64,000 nucleotides of DNA, taken from the NCBI RefSeq assembly GCF_016432865.1, contig NC_067399.1:470952001-471016000 (forward strand), in the 5' to 3' direction. Positions 12,658-27,837 of the stretch are shown here, piece by piece. The stretch's first letter is position 1; each line of letters starts with the position of its first letter. Both the position numbers and the translations under genes were made by a program. The stretch is from Antechinus flavipes. Lineage: Eukaryota. Below the pieces are notes generated by a model that saw only the letters and a list, made by a program, of their open reading frames with translations, was not told where the DNA came from and ran no database searches.

Positions 12658-14593
12658 CAATTATTGGGTATATCTTCACATATCCAATATGAGGAAAAAA
12701 CTTCAAATGGGAGATGGCATGTGTGGATAGTCTATCCCAAGGCACAGGGATTAAATAAGATGAGATGTTTACTGAGTTTTAGGAACAACTCTAGAACAGT
12801 TTGTTTAGGACAGAAAGTATATGAAGTATAATAATATGAAATAAACCTAGGAGGTAGGTTGTAGAAAACTTGACATGCCAGAGTGTGGAGTTTCTATTTT
12901 ATCTTGGATCCACTGAAAATTTTTGAGCAAACTAGTGACATAGATAAAGCTATAGGCAAGAAATAGTCAAGGATGATGCCAAAGCTTCCAATGAAACAAT
13001 GACTAGTGCTCTCAACTAGAAATCTGGAAGTTTGATGGAAGGTAACAGGAGTTAAGGGGAGGCTAGTGAGATTCAGGTGGAAAGTTCAATAGGAAGTTGA
13101 TGATACTTGACTGGAATTCAGGGGAAAAAAAGATTATACTCACATTTATGGATTTGGAAATCATGTGTATAAAGATAATGGTTTGGAATTATAACCCCTC
13201 TCTTACTTAATGGATCATCTTCATGAACTGGTGTATCAAAACTTACATAAAAATGTTTGTGCCTCTCCTCATGTAACCAAGACAATCCTCAAACACATAT
13301 CAACAATCTATTGCCTCAGTCTTTGCTCAAAGTTCTCTAGTTTGGTTGGAGCTGCTAGACATTATACTCTGCTAGCAGAGACGTTAAGAATCCATGATCA
13401 GCTCTGTATCATAAAGACACCAGAGTAGAACACGAATGGAGTATATAATTTAATTACAAGAAAATTACCTAAAGGAGTGGTGGAGAGATGTTTAAGTGCT
13501 GTACAATGGGAGTGATAAAAGTGATGGCCATTGTCTCAGTCACAGTTAGTGGTATCCCAGTATCTCACAATCTCACGTGGGATCCTTGGATCTGGAGCAG
13601 ATTTTAAAGGTCACCATGGTCAGCCCCCTCAAGAGTATCTTCTATCTCTAAATCTATATCTGTCTCTTGTGACTTTTCATGCAAAATTCTTCTGTTTTTT
13701 CCCCTTTAATTTGTTAATTATATTTGATTCTAACATTCAGGAGAAGGCTGTAAGATATTACATAGGGTGGGAAAGGTAACTTCCATCCCAAGGCAAGTTC
13801 CAACCCTACTTCCAGAATTCCTTTGCCTAGGCTTGTACATCCCTAGAGAAAGGTTTAGCCCAAAGGTGGGTCACCCTGTCTTTGTGCTGACATGAAATAT
13901 ACCTGGGTAGAAAAAGTAGGAGTAATTTGTAATACAACCATTGCTACCTGGCAGAAACTTGGGGTAGAAAGAATTGTCAGCTGTCCTTCTTATTTGGGAT
14001 TGGGTCTGATTTAGCAGCTATTCATGCATGTCTTTGAAAAGTCAGTCATCAGGGAACAAACTCTCTTTTTTCTAACCCTTCAGTTAGTATCCTTGGTTTC
14101 TGTCAACATCACTTATTTATGATGAGGAATTTTATGCCGCACCTATTCTTGGAAACCTATTAATCCTTTCATTGGCCCTTCTTAGATACCTCAAGCTACA
14201 CTCAATCTCAACTCCTTTTTGGAGCAATCATTTTGGATTCTTTCTTAATCCTCCTATTGCATTCCCCACTCTCAACAGGACGAACAGATTGTGTTTATCC
14301 ATGTATTGGCAACTCCAACTCTTTCAGACTAATGAGAAGCTCAAATGCTATTAGGGATGTAGTAGGCAAGGGGAGTTAGAGTGAAGTATGTACCCCAAAT
14401 CAACAACAAATTGAGAAAGAGCTCATTATCTTTCTTTCCCAGAATATCCCTGAAACTCTATGTCATCCTCTTCTTGGATATGTTTGAGATAGATTCACCT
14501 ATCATCCAGTCTCTGGGAACATCTAAGATAAACTCATGTACCACCATGTCTTTAGATACATCTGAGATGTTTTGGAATTCTTTCAATGGATAC

Positions 14594-17343
<2,750 letters not shown>

Positions 17344-18092
17344 CAATGGATATTCTTAAGACGAGTTTATCTTCCTCTCTGAGATATTCCTCTTTGAACA
17401 TAGAAGAAAAGCACTTATCACTCTTTTCCTGAGGATAAGAAGACATTCCTGAAAGACGGTCATAGATTGTCCTAAAATGGGTTTATAGCTTTTTTTCTGT
17501 ATATCTGAGACAGGATTATCACCCTTTCCTTAAAGAATTAATAAATGGGTCTGAGCAGATATTTGGAATATTCAGCATTTGATCCATTCCTCCTATTGAT
17601 TTGAGCTACATTGTTTCCCCATGGTATCGTGGCATAGAGTTTCCTAGATGGCAGAGTGGATATTTTTTAAGACTTGGTCTAGTCTGTGTACCTTGAAATG
17701 AAAAACTCAGATCATACATAGTTCCATAGTTATGGTCATCCAAAATTCTCTACCAGCACTGAATACAAATAGTGAAAGGTTCCACTGTTGAGTAGAATCT
17801 CCTATTACATAAACAAATTTGTAAGGAAGTTCAGAGTGAGAATGGGTAACTTCCTGTTGAATCAGAGAAGGCTACAAAGAGTAGATGACATAAAGATATA
17901 TAAGATTTGACCAGAACTGATGGACAGAATTCCAGGTAAGAAGAGTTCTTTGAACAATTCTCCAAGGATAGAAAAAGTACAGAATGTTCCCAGGAATTAG
18001 TTAGTTGTCCTTTCATGCTATGGCAATTCATGTGAAATGGTCAGATTGTAAGAGATAAAGTGCCATAAGTGTACCATATAATGGTACACTTA

Positions 18093-19054
18093 GAGTTACA
18101 AAGAGAAATTCCATTTAAAGTAACTACTGATAGTGTAAAATACTTAGGAATCTATCTGCCAAGGGAAAATCAGAAACTTTATGAGCAAAACTACAAAACA
18201 CTTTCCACACAAATTAAATCTGTTCTAATTAATTGGAAAAATATTAAATGCTCTTGGATAGAGCGAGCAAATATAATAAAGATGACAATATTACCTAAAC
18301 TAATATATTTATTTAGCGCTATACCAATCAGACTCCCAAAAAACTACTTTAATGACCTAGAAAAAAATAACAGCAAAGTTCATATGGAAAAGGTCATAGA
18401 GTCAAGAATTTCAAGGGAATTAATGAAAAAAAATCAAATGAAGGTGGCCTAGCTGTACCAGATCTAAAATTATATTGTAAAGTGGCAGTTACCACTTGGT
18501 ATTGTCTAAGAAATAGACTAGTTTGATCAGTGAATAGGTTAGGTTCAAAGGACAAAACAGTCAATAACTTTAATACTCCACTGTTTGACAAACCCAAAGA
18601 CCCTAGCTTTTGGGATAAGAACTCACTGTTTGACAAAAACTGCTGGGAAAATTGGAAACTAATATGGCAGAAACTAGTCATTGACTCACACTCAACATTG
18701 TACACTAAGATAAGGTCAAAATGGGTTCATGACCTAGGCATAAAGAATGAGATTATAAATAAATTAGAAGAACATCAGATAGTTTACCTCTCAGACCTAT
18801 GGAAGAGGAAGGAATTTATGACAAAGAAGAACTAGAGATCATTACTGATCACCAAAGAGAAAATTTTGATTATATCAAATTAAAAAGTTTTTGTACAAAC
18901 AAAACTAATGCAAACAAGATTAGAAGGGAAGCAATAAACTGGGAAAACATTTTTACAGTCAAAGGTTCTGATAAAGGCCTCATTTCCAAAACATATAGAG
19001 AATTGACTCTAATTTATAAGAAACCAAGCCATTATCCATTTGATAAATGGTCAA
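18093..19054 (+). mobile_element. Older L1, 5' part (ORF2 C-terminal half), interrupted by a younger L1
   Basis: ORFs 18069-18452 and 18530-18835 are L1 ORF2 (VKYLGIYLPR...KMTILPKLIYLFSAIPI) with frameshifts and stops; the element resumes at 20569-20582. Confidence 0.93.
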
Positions 19055-20568
19055 ACCTGTGGAAGAGGGAGGAATTTATGACCAAAGAAGAACTAGAGAT
19101 CACTATTGACCACAAAATAGAAAATTTTGATTATATCAAATTGAAAAGTTTTTGTACAAACAAAACAAATGCAAACAAGATTAGAAGGGAAACAATAAAC
19201 TGGGAAAACATTTTTACAATCAAAGGTTCTGATAAAGGCCTCATTTCCAAAATATATAGAGAATTGACTCTAATTTATAAGAAGCCAAGCCATTCTCCAT
19301 TTGATAAATGATCAAACCTGTGGAAAAGGGAGGAATTTATGACCAAAGAAGAACTAGAAATCACTATTGACCACAAAATAGAAAATTTTGATTATATCAA
19401 ATTGAAAAGTTTTTGTACAAACAAAACAAATGCAGACAAGATTAGAAGGGAAACAATAAACTGGGAAAACATTTTTACAATCAAAGGTTCTGATAAAGGC
19501 CTCATTTCCAAAATATATAGAGAATTGACTCTAATTTATAAGAAATCAAACCATTCTCCAATTGATAAATGGTCAAAGGATATGAACAGACAATTCTCAG
19601 ATGAAGAAATTGAAACTATTTATAGACATATGAAAATATGCTCCAAATCATTATTAATCAGAGAAATGCAAATTAAGACAACTCTGAGATATCGCTACAC
19701 ACCTGTCAGATTGGCTAGAATGACAGGGAAAGATAATGCAGAATGTTGGAGGGGATGTGGGAAAACAGGGACACTGATACATTGGTGGTGGAGTTGTGAA
19801 CACATCCAGCCATTCTGGAGAGCAATTTGGAATTATGCTCAAAAGGTTATCAAACTGTGCATATCCTTTGATCCAGCAGTGTTTCTACTGGGCTTATACC
19901 CCAAAGAGATACTAAAGAAAGGAAAGGGATCTGTATGTGCCAAAATGTTTGTGACAGCCCTGTCTGTAGTGGCTAGAAGCTGGAAAATGAATGGATGCCC
20001 ATCAATTGGAGAATGGTTGAGTAAATTGTGGTATATGAACATTATGGAATACTGTTGTTCTGTAAGGAATGGCCAGTGGGATGAATACAGAGAGGACTGG
20101 CGAGACTTACATGAACTGATGCTAAGTGAAATGAGCAAAACCAGGAGATCATTATATACCTCAAAAACGATACTGTTTGAGGATGTATTCTGATGGAAGT
20201 GGATCTCTTCGATAAAGAGAGCTAATTCAGTTTCAAGTGATCAAGGATGGACAGAAGCAGCTACACCCAAAGAAAGAACACTGGGAAATGAATATAAACT
20301 GCATTTTTGTTTTTCTTCCCAGATTATTTATACCTTCTGAATCCAATTCTCCCTGTGCAACAAGAGAACTATTCGGTTCTGCACGCATATATTGTATCTA
20401 GGATATACTGTAACCTATTCAACATGTAAAGGACTGCTTGCCATCTGGGGGAGGGGGTGGAGGGAGGGAGGGGAAAAATCGGAACAGAAGTGAGTGCAAG
20501 GGATAATGCTGTAAAAAACTTACCCTGGCATGGGTTCTGTCAATAAAAAGTTATTTAAAAAAAAAAAA
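19055..20568 (+). mobile_element. Young L1 (5'-truncated) nested in an older L1, with a 261-bp duplicated 5' unit
   Basis: Open ORF2 from 19339 to ...TILFEDVF* (20193), young-type 3' UTR and poly(A) to 20568; 13-bp TSD gataaatggtcaa at 19042-19054 and 20569-20581. Confidence 0.93.
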
Positions 20569-20581
20569 GATAAATGGTCAA

Positions 20582-21610
20582 AGGATATGAACAGACAATT
20601 TTCAGACGAAGAAATTGAAACTATTTCTAGCCATATGAAAAGATGCTCCAAGTCATTATTAATCAAAGAAATGCAAATTAAGATAATTCTGAGATACCAC
20701 TACACCTGTCAGATTGGCTAGAATGACAGGGAAAGATAATGCAGAATGTTGGAGGGGATGTGGGAAAACAGGGACGCTAATACATTGCTGTGGAATTGTG
20801 AATACATCTAGCCATTCTGGAGATGATTTGGAACTATGCTCAAAAAGTTATCAAACTGTGCATACCCTTTGATCCAGCAATGTTACTCCTGGCTTATATC
20901 CCAAAGAGATTTTAAAGAAGGGAAAAGGACCTGTATGTGCAAGAATGTTTGTGGCAGTCCCCTTCATAGTGGCCAGAAACTGGAAAGTGAGTGGATGCCC
21001 ATCAATTGAAAAATGGCTGAATAAATTGTGGTATATGAATATTATGGAATATCATTGTTAAGTAAGAAATGACCAGCAGGATGATTTCAGAAAGGCCTGG
21101 AGAGACTTACATAAATTGATGCTGAGTGAAATGAGCAGGACCAGGAGATCATTATATACTTCAACAACAATACTATATGATGATCAATTCTTATGGACTT
21201 GACCATCTTTAGCAATGAGATGAACTAAACCAGTTCCAATGGAGCAGGAATGAATTGAACCAGCTATACCCAGAGAAAGAACTCTGGGAGATGACTAAGA
21301 ACCATTACATAGAATTCCCAATCCCTCTATTTTTGTCCACCTGCATTTTTTATTTCCTTCACAGGCTAATAGTACACTGTTTCAGAGTCCGATTCTTTTT
21401 GAACAACAAAATAACTGTTTGGACATGTATACTTATTTTGTATTTAATTTATACTTTAACATATTTAACACGTATATTCAACCTGCCATCTGGGGGAGGA
21501 GATGGGGGGAGGGGAAAGAGGGGAAAAATTGAAACAAAAGGTTTGGCAATTGTCAATGTTACAAAATTACCCATGCATATATCTTCTAAATAAAAATCTA
21601 TAATAAAAAA
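20582..21610 (+). mobile_element. Older L1, 3' part (rest of ORF2, distinct 3' UTR, A-rich tail)
   Basis: Continues exactly where 18093-19054 stops; its 3' UTR differs from the young L1 and matches the antisense copy at 48293-50087. Confidence 0.92.
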
Positions 21611-21691
21611 TATATATACCATATTGCTTAACTGGGGGGAAAAGTGAAGTAACAAAGTAACAAAATCTCAAAGTCTGGCTGAAGCGAGGTA

Positions 21692-21836
21692 NNNNNNNNN
21701 NNNNNNNNNNNNNNNNNNNNNNNNNNNNNNNNNNNNNNNNNNNNNNNNNNNNNNNNNNNNNNNNNNNNNNNNNNNNNNNNNNNNNNNNNNNNNNNNNNNN
21801 NNNNNNNNNNNNNNNNNNNNNNNNNNNNNNNNNNNN
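21692..21836. other. Assembly gap (N-run)
   Basis: Run of N. Confidence 1.
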
Positions 21837-23734
21837 GAATCTCATAGTAACATCGAAATTTGTTGATTATCCTTCTATTAACAGCCTATCAGAGTAGGTT
21901 CATGAGGCTGATTCACCACAACATCAGATAAAAGAGAAGAGGTTGTTAGAATACTAATGAAGGATTTCCTTTTGTGAAGTTCTAAAAAGAGCCATTATTT
22001 GTTGTGCTGTGGTGCCAAGAGTACTGGGCTTAAAGTCAGAAGATTAGATATTATCTAAGTGGTCAGGGAGGAAGACACTTTCCCTCCCTGGAGTTCAATT
22101 TCCCGATTGGTAGATAATGCACATTAGTTGAGATTCTCTAAGTTACTTTCTATGACCCTATGATTCTCAATCAACAAAATGTACATTTTGCTAATGATAA
22201 GGTTGACATGTTGTTGGCCAAACAGCATGCAGATGGCCTTCTTGATTCCATTCTTGGATTTTAGGTATTTCATTAACTCCCAACTAGAGATAAACCAATC
22301 CAAAGTGGATTACATTTAACAGATCTAATGGTATTTATCAGCTTTGATTACTGCTCTATAAAGTAATTTATATTCTATAAAATAATGTTATAAAACAATA
22401 AATTCCTATAAATTCCTGTTTATCATATAAATTCTATGAATATCTATCAAGATTCCTCTTTTTTAAAACAAAGAAATTTAATTTTTCTATGGTTGTCCTA
22501 GGCCAATGAACTCTATTTCCTCAATATTGTGCCTTTTTAACGAGGATACTTTCCAAATCTGTTATGATCCATTTTAACATTCCGAAAATATTCATTAAAA
22601 CTTGTATTTCACAGATGCTAATTGTTGCAAATACATTCTTGCCATTTTGCTTTGATATCAGGATGTCATTAAATCTTTTAATGTATTTGGCCAAGTGTCT
22701 TCTCTTAGATTTTTTAAATGCCTTATGAGTTTGGCTTGGATAAGACTAAGGTATTTGCAGGTATTTCCTTAATCCATGGATTTAATGAGACCTCTGAATT
22801 CAGTCTTTAAGCATTCAGGCTCTATTTTAGCCCTGATGGAGCATTTTCAGCATGCCCTAAAGCACTACCCTGAGCCCCTTTTTTTCCTTTCCCTTTCACT
22901 TAGTAATGTCCTTAGCTCCCAAGAGTTTAATTATTCCCTTTATGCAGATTGCTCCTAGATTGATGTGTCTGGCTCTTGGATCTTCCATTTAGTCTTAGGT
23001 CACCAGAAGCCATCATGCTTACTGAATTCCAAAGAAAAGTAAAAGACAGTCCCAGTCCTTGAGGAGTTTATGATATAATGGGTAGAAAGCAAGTATACAA
23101 AAAAGATACACACAAACATACATACATACAAAGATAAATTTGAGGTAATCAACAAAGGGAAGGCATTAGTATTAAGGAGAAACAGGAAATTCCTAAACTC
23201 CCTAAATTTTCTCCTTCCATAATGAGCCTCAGATAACTTAAAAACCTATGGCTTTGTTTTCTCTCTCATAACATTTTTGCCTCTTCCTTGCACATTTAAA
23301 GGATGGAAATTGTATACACAAATAATATTTTTAAATTTTTGTTTGTTTTTTACTTAGGTAAGTGTTATCTGGAACTTGAGGGGAGATAGAGAACAGATGA
23401 GGAGGAAGATAGAAAGAATATTTGAGAAAGAATGAATTTGAGTAGCAAAAATGTTGGGTAGCTTGATCTTATATTAGTTGATTATTCCCTTATTTTGCCA
23501 TTGTCTTCTTCCTTCCCTCACATATCCAATCACATGGATAATACTTTTAAATTTACAAAGTACATGCCTATCTATGCTCTCATTTGAGCTTTGCAATTAC
23601 TCAGAGTGAATGAGAGACATGGGGAGATAGAGATGCATTATCACACCCATATTGCAGGAAGGAAAATGAAGCCAAAAAGGTAGTGCCTAGCACATCATAG
23701 ACACTTAATAATCATTTGTCAAAAATCATTTGAT

Positions 23735-23968
23735 GCAAGTAGATGGTGCAGTGAATAGAATGCTGGGTTTGAAGTCAGGAAGATTTATCTTCCTAAATTC
23801 AAATGTGGCCTTAGACATTTACTAGTTGTGTGATGTTGGGCAAGTCACTTAATCCTGTTGGCTTCAGTTTCTCCTTTATCTTTGCCAAGAAAACCCCCAA
23901 TGGGGTCATGAAGAATAGGACATGCTAAAATGACTGGACAACAACAACAACAACAAAAAAAAAAAAGG
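23735..23968 (+). mobile_element. MAR1-type core-RTE SINE
   Basis: tRNA-like head, core, RTE-type tail (tctttgccaagaaaacccccaatggggtcatgaaga) and (CAA)n/A tail. Confidence 0.75.
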
Positions 23969-24388
23969 AAAAATTGCCTGTGTAGTATAATGAATAGGCT
24001 GGAAAGTTTAGAGTGTAAGGACCTGTGTTGAAACTTAACTATACAATTAAATGTGTTTTGGACAAGCCCTTTAACAAACTCTTTGAGCCACAATTTTCTC
24101 ATGTGTAAAAATGAGGGTGTTGGGTAAAATGATATCTTAAGGTCCATTCCCACTTTAAGTTCTTTGATATTTTAACTAAGTTGCCCACAGCTAGTCACTA
24201 GCTAAGCTAAGATTGGAACCCTGATTTCTTCCTGCTGTCCCAAATTATAGCACTAATAGGTCATAATAAATCTGGCTAAAGACCAGTGGTATGATATATG
24301 ACATTTTGATTATGTTCAGCTTGATGCTTATAATAACTTCTTTCTTAAGTTAGGGAAGCAAATAAAAACTTGAGAAAAAGGGCAAAGA

Positions 24389-25207
24389 CCTGTTTGTAGT
24401 GGCTAGAAACTGGAAAATGAATGGATGCCCATCAATTGGAGAATGGCTGGGTAAATTGTGGTATATGAATGTTATGGAATATTATTGCTCTGTAAGGAAT
24501 GACCAGCAGGATGAATACAGAGAGGCTTGGAGAGACCTACATGGACTGATGCTAAGTGAGATGAGCAGAACCAGGAGATCATTATATACTTCGACAACGA
24601 TATTGTATGAGGATGTATTCTGATGGAAGTGGATTTCTCTGACAAAGAGACTTAACTGAGTTTCATTGGATAAATGATGGACAGAAACAGCTACACCCAA
24701 AGAAGGAATACTGGGAAATGAATGTGAACTATTTGATTTTTGATTTTCTTCCCGAGTTATTTTTACCTTCTGAATCCAATTCTCCCTGTGCAGCGGGAGA
24801 ACTGTTCGGTTCTGCAAATATGTATTGTATCTAGGATATACTGCAACATATTTAACATATATAGGACTGCTTGCCATCTTGGGGGGGGGAGGAGGGAGGG
24901 AGGGGAAAAAACGAAACATAAGTGATTGCAAGGGATAATGCTGTGTAAAAATTATCCTGGCATAGATTCTGTCAATACAAAGTTATTATTAAATAAAATT
25001 AAATTTAAAAAAAAAATCTACTTCTTGATCTTTGTAGGCTTCTTCTCTATTCCAGGAGTCCTAAAATGAAAAAAACCAAGTCCTGTAAACAGGAACAATG
25101 TTATTTCTTTTTTTCCTTTTAATTAATTTTACTTTTGATTTATGGAATGAAATAAGAATCCCCATAACATAGTACAATAAAAAATATGATTATACCTGAA
25201 AAAAAAA
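24389..25207 (+). mobile_element. Young 5'-truncated L1 with a 182-bp 3'-transduced segment
   Basis: ORF2 end (...TILYEDVF*) and 3' UTR to poly(A) 25007-25016; extra sequence 25017-25198; second A-run 25199-25207; perfect 17-bp TSD gagaaaaagggcaaaga at 24372-24388 and 25208-25224. Confidence 0.93.
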
Positions 25208-26018
25208 GAGAAAAAGGGCAAAGAGCTTTCAGTAATAAATAGTAAAAATAAATAGTAAAAGTTTCCAGTAATACTTGTTACTCATTTATGTACTAGTTTG
25301 TTTTGGGGAGGGGGAAGGTTAGGGAGAGATACCCAGTGGTAGATGCTGCTATGCTGTTGAGGGTTTGCTGATTTTCTTTCCCTGCCACTTGGAATGGTAA
25401 GTATCAGATGCAAAGCCTGAAACTAGATCTCAGTAATTAGAAAGAAAGTTTTATTTTACTTAAAAGGTTTCAAGAGAGGGAAAAAAAACATAGAGACTCA
25501 GAACTTCTATAAATAGGCTTGGCGATTAGCCTAATTTTGTCCAGAAAGGTTGCAGCAAAGACTGCAGATTTTTATACAAATTATATTTGCGTCTGATTTC
25601 ACTTCTTTAAACTATCTGAAGTTGAAACTGCACTGTGTATTTTATCCTTTGTGAAAAGCCATGACTTTGTGCCTAGAATTTCCCTCAGTTGCATGATCTG
25701 TTGGGAGGGAGACAGAGACCAGAAGACAAAATGAAATGGGTGCTGCTGGAGGTGGGGTGCCTCCCCCCATTCTCACTTCCCACACTCCTCCAGAGAGAAA
25801 TGGTCATTTGGTAGCTTTCTACTTAAACTAGTCTTACTACTTCGATCTCAAGAATAATTAGTTGTTTCTTCTCATTGAGCATCAGGAAACCTGATGACTT
25901 GAAGAATAAAAGTAGAGCAGAACTTGAAAGCAAGCAAATAGATGCTTTGAGGGAAGGACCTGAATGAGGATTTGAAGCCATCACCACAACCAACCCCAAC
26001 TTTCATAGTTTCATTTTA

Positions 26019-27837
26019 TTTTATTTTTTTAATTACTTAAAATATAATTTTATTTATTATTTAACAAGTATTATAATTTTTTTGGATGTTAACATTTTTT
26101 AAATATTTTATTTTATTTTATAATAACTTTATATTGACAGAACCCATGCCAGGGTAATTTTTTTACAACATTATCCCTTGCACTCGCTTCTGTTCCGATT
26201 TTTCCCCTCCCTCCCTCCACCCCTTCCCCTAGATGGCAAGCAGTCCTTTATATTAGATATGTTGCAGTATATCCTAGATACAATATATGTGTGCAGGACC
26301 GAACAGTTCTCTTGTTACACAGGGAGAATTGGATTCAGAAGGTAAAAATAACCCGGAAAGAAAAACAAAAATGCAAATAGTTCACATTCCTTTCCCAGTG
26401 TTCTTTCTTTGGATGTAGCTGCTTCTGTCCATCATTTATCAATTGAAACTGAGTTAGGTCTCTTTGTCAACGAAATCCACTTCCATCAGAATACATCCTC
26501 ATACAATATCGTTGTCGAGGTGTATAATGATCTCCTGGTTCTGCTCATTTCACTTAGCATCAGTTCATGTAAGTCTCTCCAAGCCTCTCTGTATTCATCT
26601 TGCTGATCATTTCTTATATTACAATAATATTCCATAACATTCATATACCACAATTTACCCAGCCATTCTCCAATTGATGGGCATCCACTCAGTTTCCAGT
26701 TTCTGGCCACTACAAACAGGGCTGCCACGAACATTTTGGCACATACAGGTCCCTTTCCCTTCTTTAATATTTCTTTGGGATATAAGCCCAATAGAAACAC
26801 TGCTGGATCAAAGGGTATGCACAATTTGATAACTTTTTGGGCGTAATTCCAGATTGCTCTCCAGAATGGTTGGATTCGTTCACAACTCCACCAACAATGC
26901 ATCAGTGTCCCAGTTTTCCTGCATCCCCTCCAACATTCATCATTATTTTTTCCTGTCATCTTAGCCAATATGACAGGTGTGTAGTGGTATCTCAGAGTTG
27001 TCTTAATTCGCACTTCTCTGATCAATAATGATTTGGAACACTCTTTCATATGAGTGATAATAGTTTCAATTTCATCATCTGAAAATTGTCTGCTCATATC
27101 CTTTGACCATTTATCAATTGGAGAATGGCTTGATTTCTTATAAATTTGAGTCAGTTCTCTATATATTTTGGAAATGAAGCCTTTATCAGGACCTTTAGCT
27201 GTGAAGATGTTTTCCCAGTTAGTTGCTTCCCTTCTAATCTTGTTTGCATTAGTTTTGTTTGTACAAAGGCTTTTTAATTTGATATAATCAAAATTTTCTA
27301 TTTTGTGATCAGTAATGGTCTCTAGTTCATCTTTGGTCACAAATTTCTTTCTCCTCCACAAGTCTGAGAGATAAACTATCCTATGTTCCTCTAATTTATT
27401 TATAATCTCATTCTTTATGCCTAGGTCATGGACCCATTTTGATCTTATCTTGGTATATGGTGTTAAGTGTGGGTCCATGCCTAATTTCTGCCATACTAAT
27501 TTCCAGTTATCCCAGCAGTTTTTATCAAATAATGAATTCTTATCCCAAAAGTTAGGATCTTTGGGTTTGTCAAACACTAGATTGCTATAGTTGACTATTC
27601 TGTCTTGTGAACCTAACCTTTTCCACTGATCAACTAATCTATTTCTTAGCCAATACCAAATGGTTTTGGTGACTGCTGCTTTATAATATAATTTTAGATC
27701 AGGTACAGCTAGGCCACCTTCATTTGATTTTTTTTTCATTAATTCCCTTGAGATTCTCGACTTTTTATTGTTCCATATGAATTTTGTTGTTATTTTTTCT
27801 AGATCATTAAAATATTTTCTTGGAAGTCTGATTGGTA
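26019..27837 (-). mobile_element. Young 5'-truncated L1 with an uninterrupted ORF2 C-terminal segment
   Basis: ORF 26486-27841 (451 aa) has no stop and ends TILYEDVF*; perfect 16-bp TSD tcatagtttcatttta at 26003-26018 and 27838-27853. Confidence 0.95.

Noticed and set aside
12388-12745. Ser/Leu-repeat ORFs
   Set aside because: Translation of the (AG)n microsatellite.
18795-19576. Three-unit array as a CRISPR-like or satellite structure
   Set aside because: Units are contiguous L1 ORF2 sequence with no spacers; eukaryotic context.
22190-22290. Open minus-strand frame WELMKYLKSKNGIKKAICMLFGQQHVNLIISK
   Set aside because: Poor donor (gtacat) and no recognisable homology.
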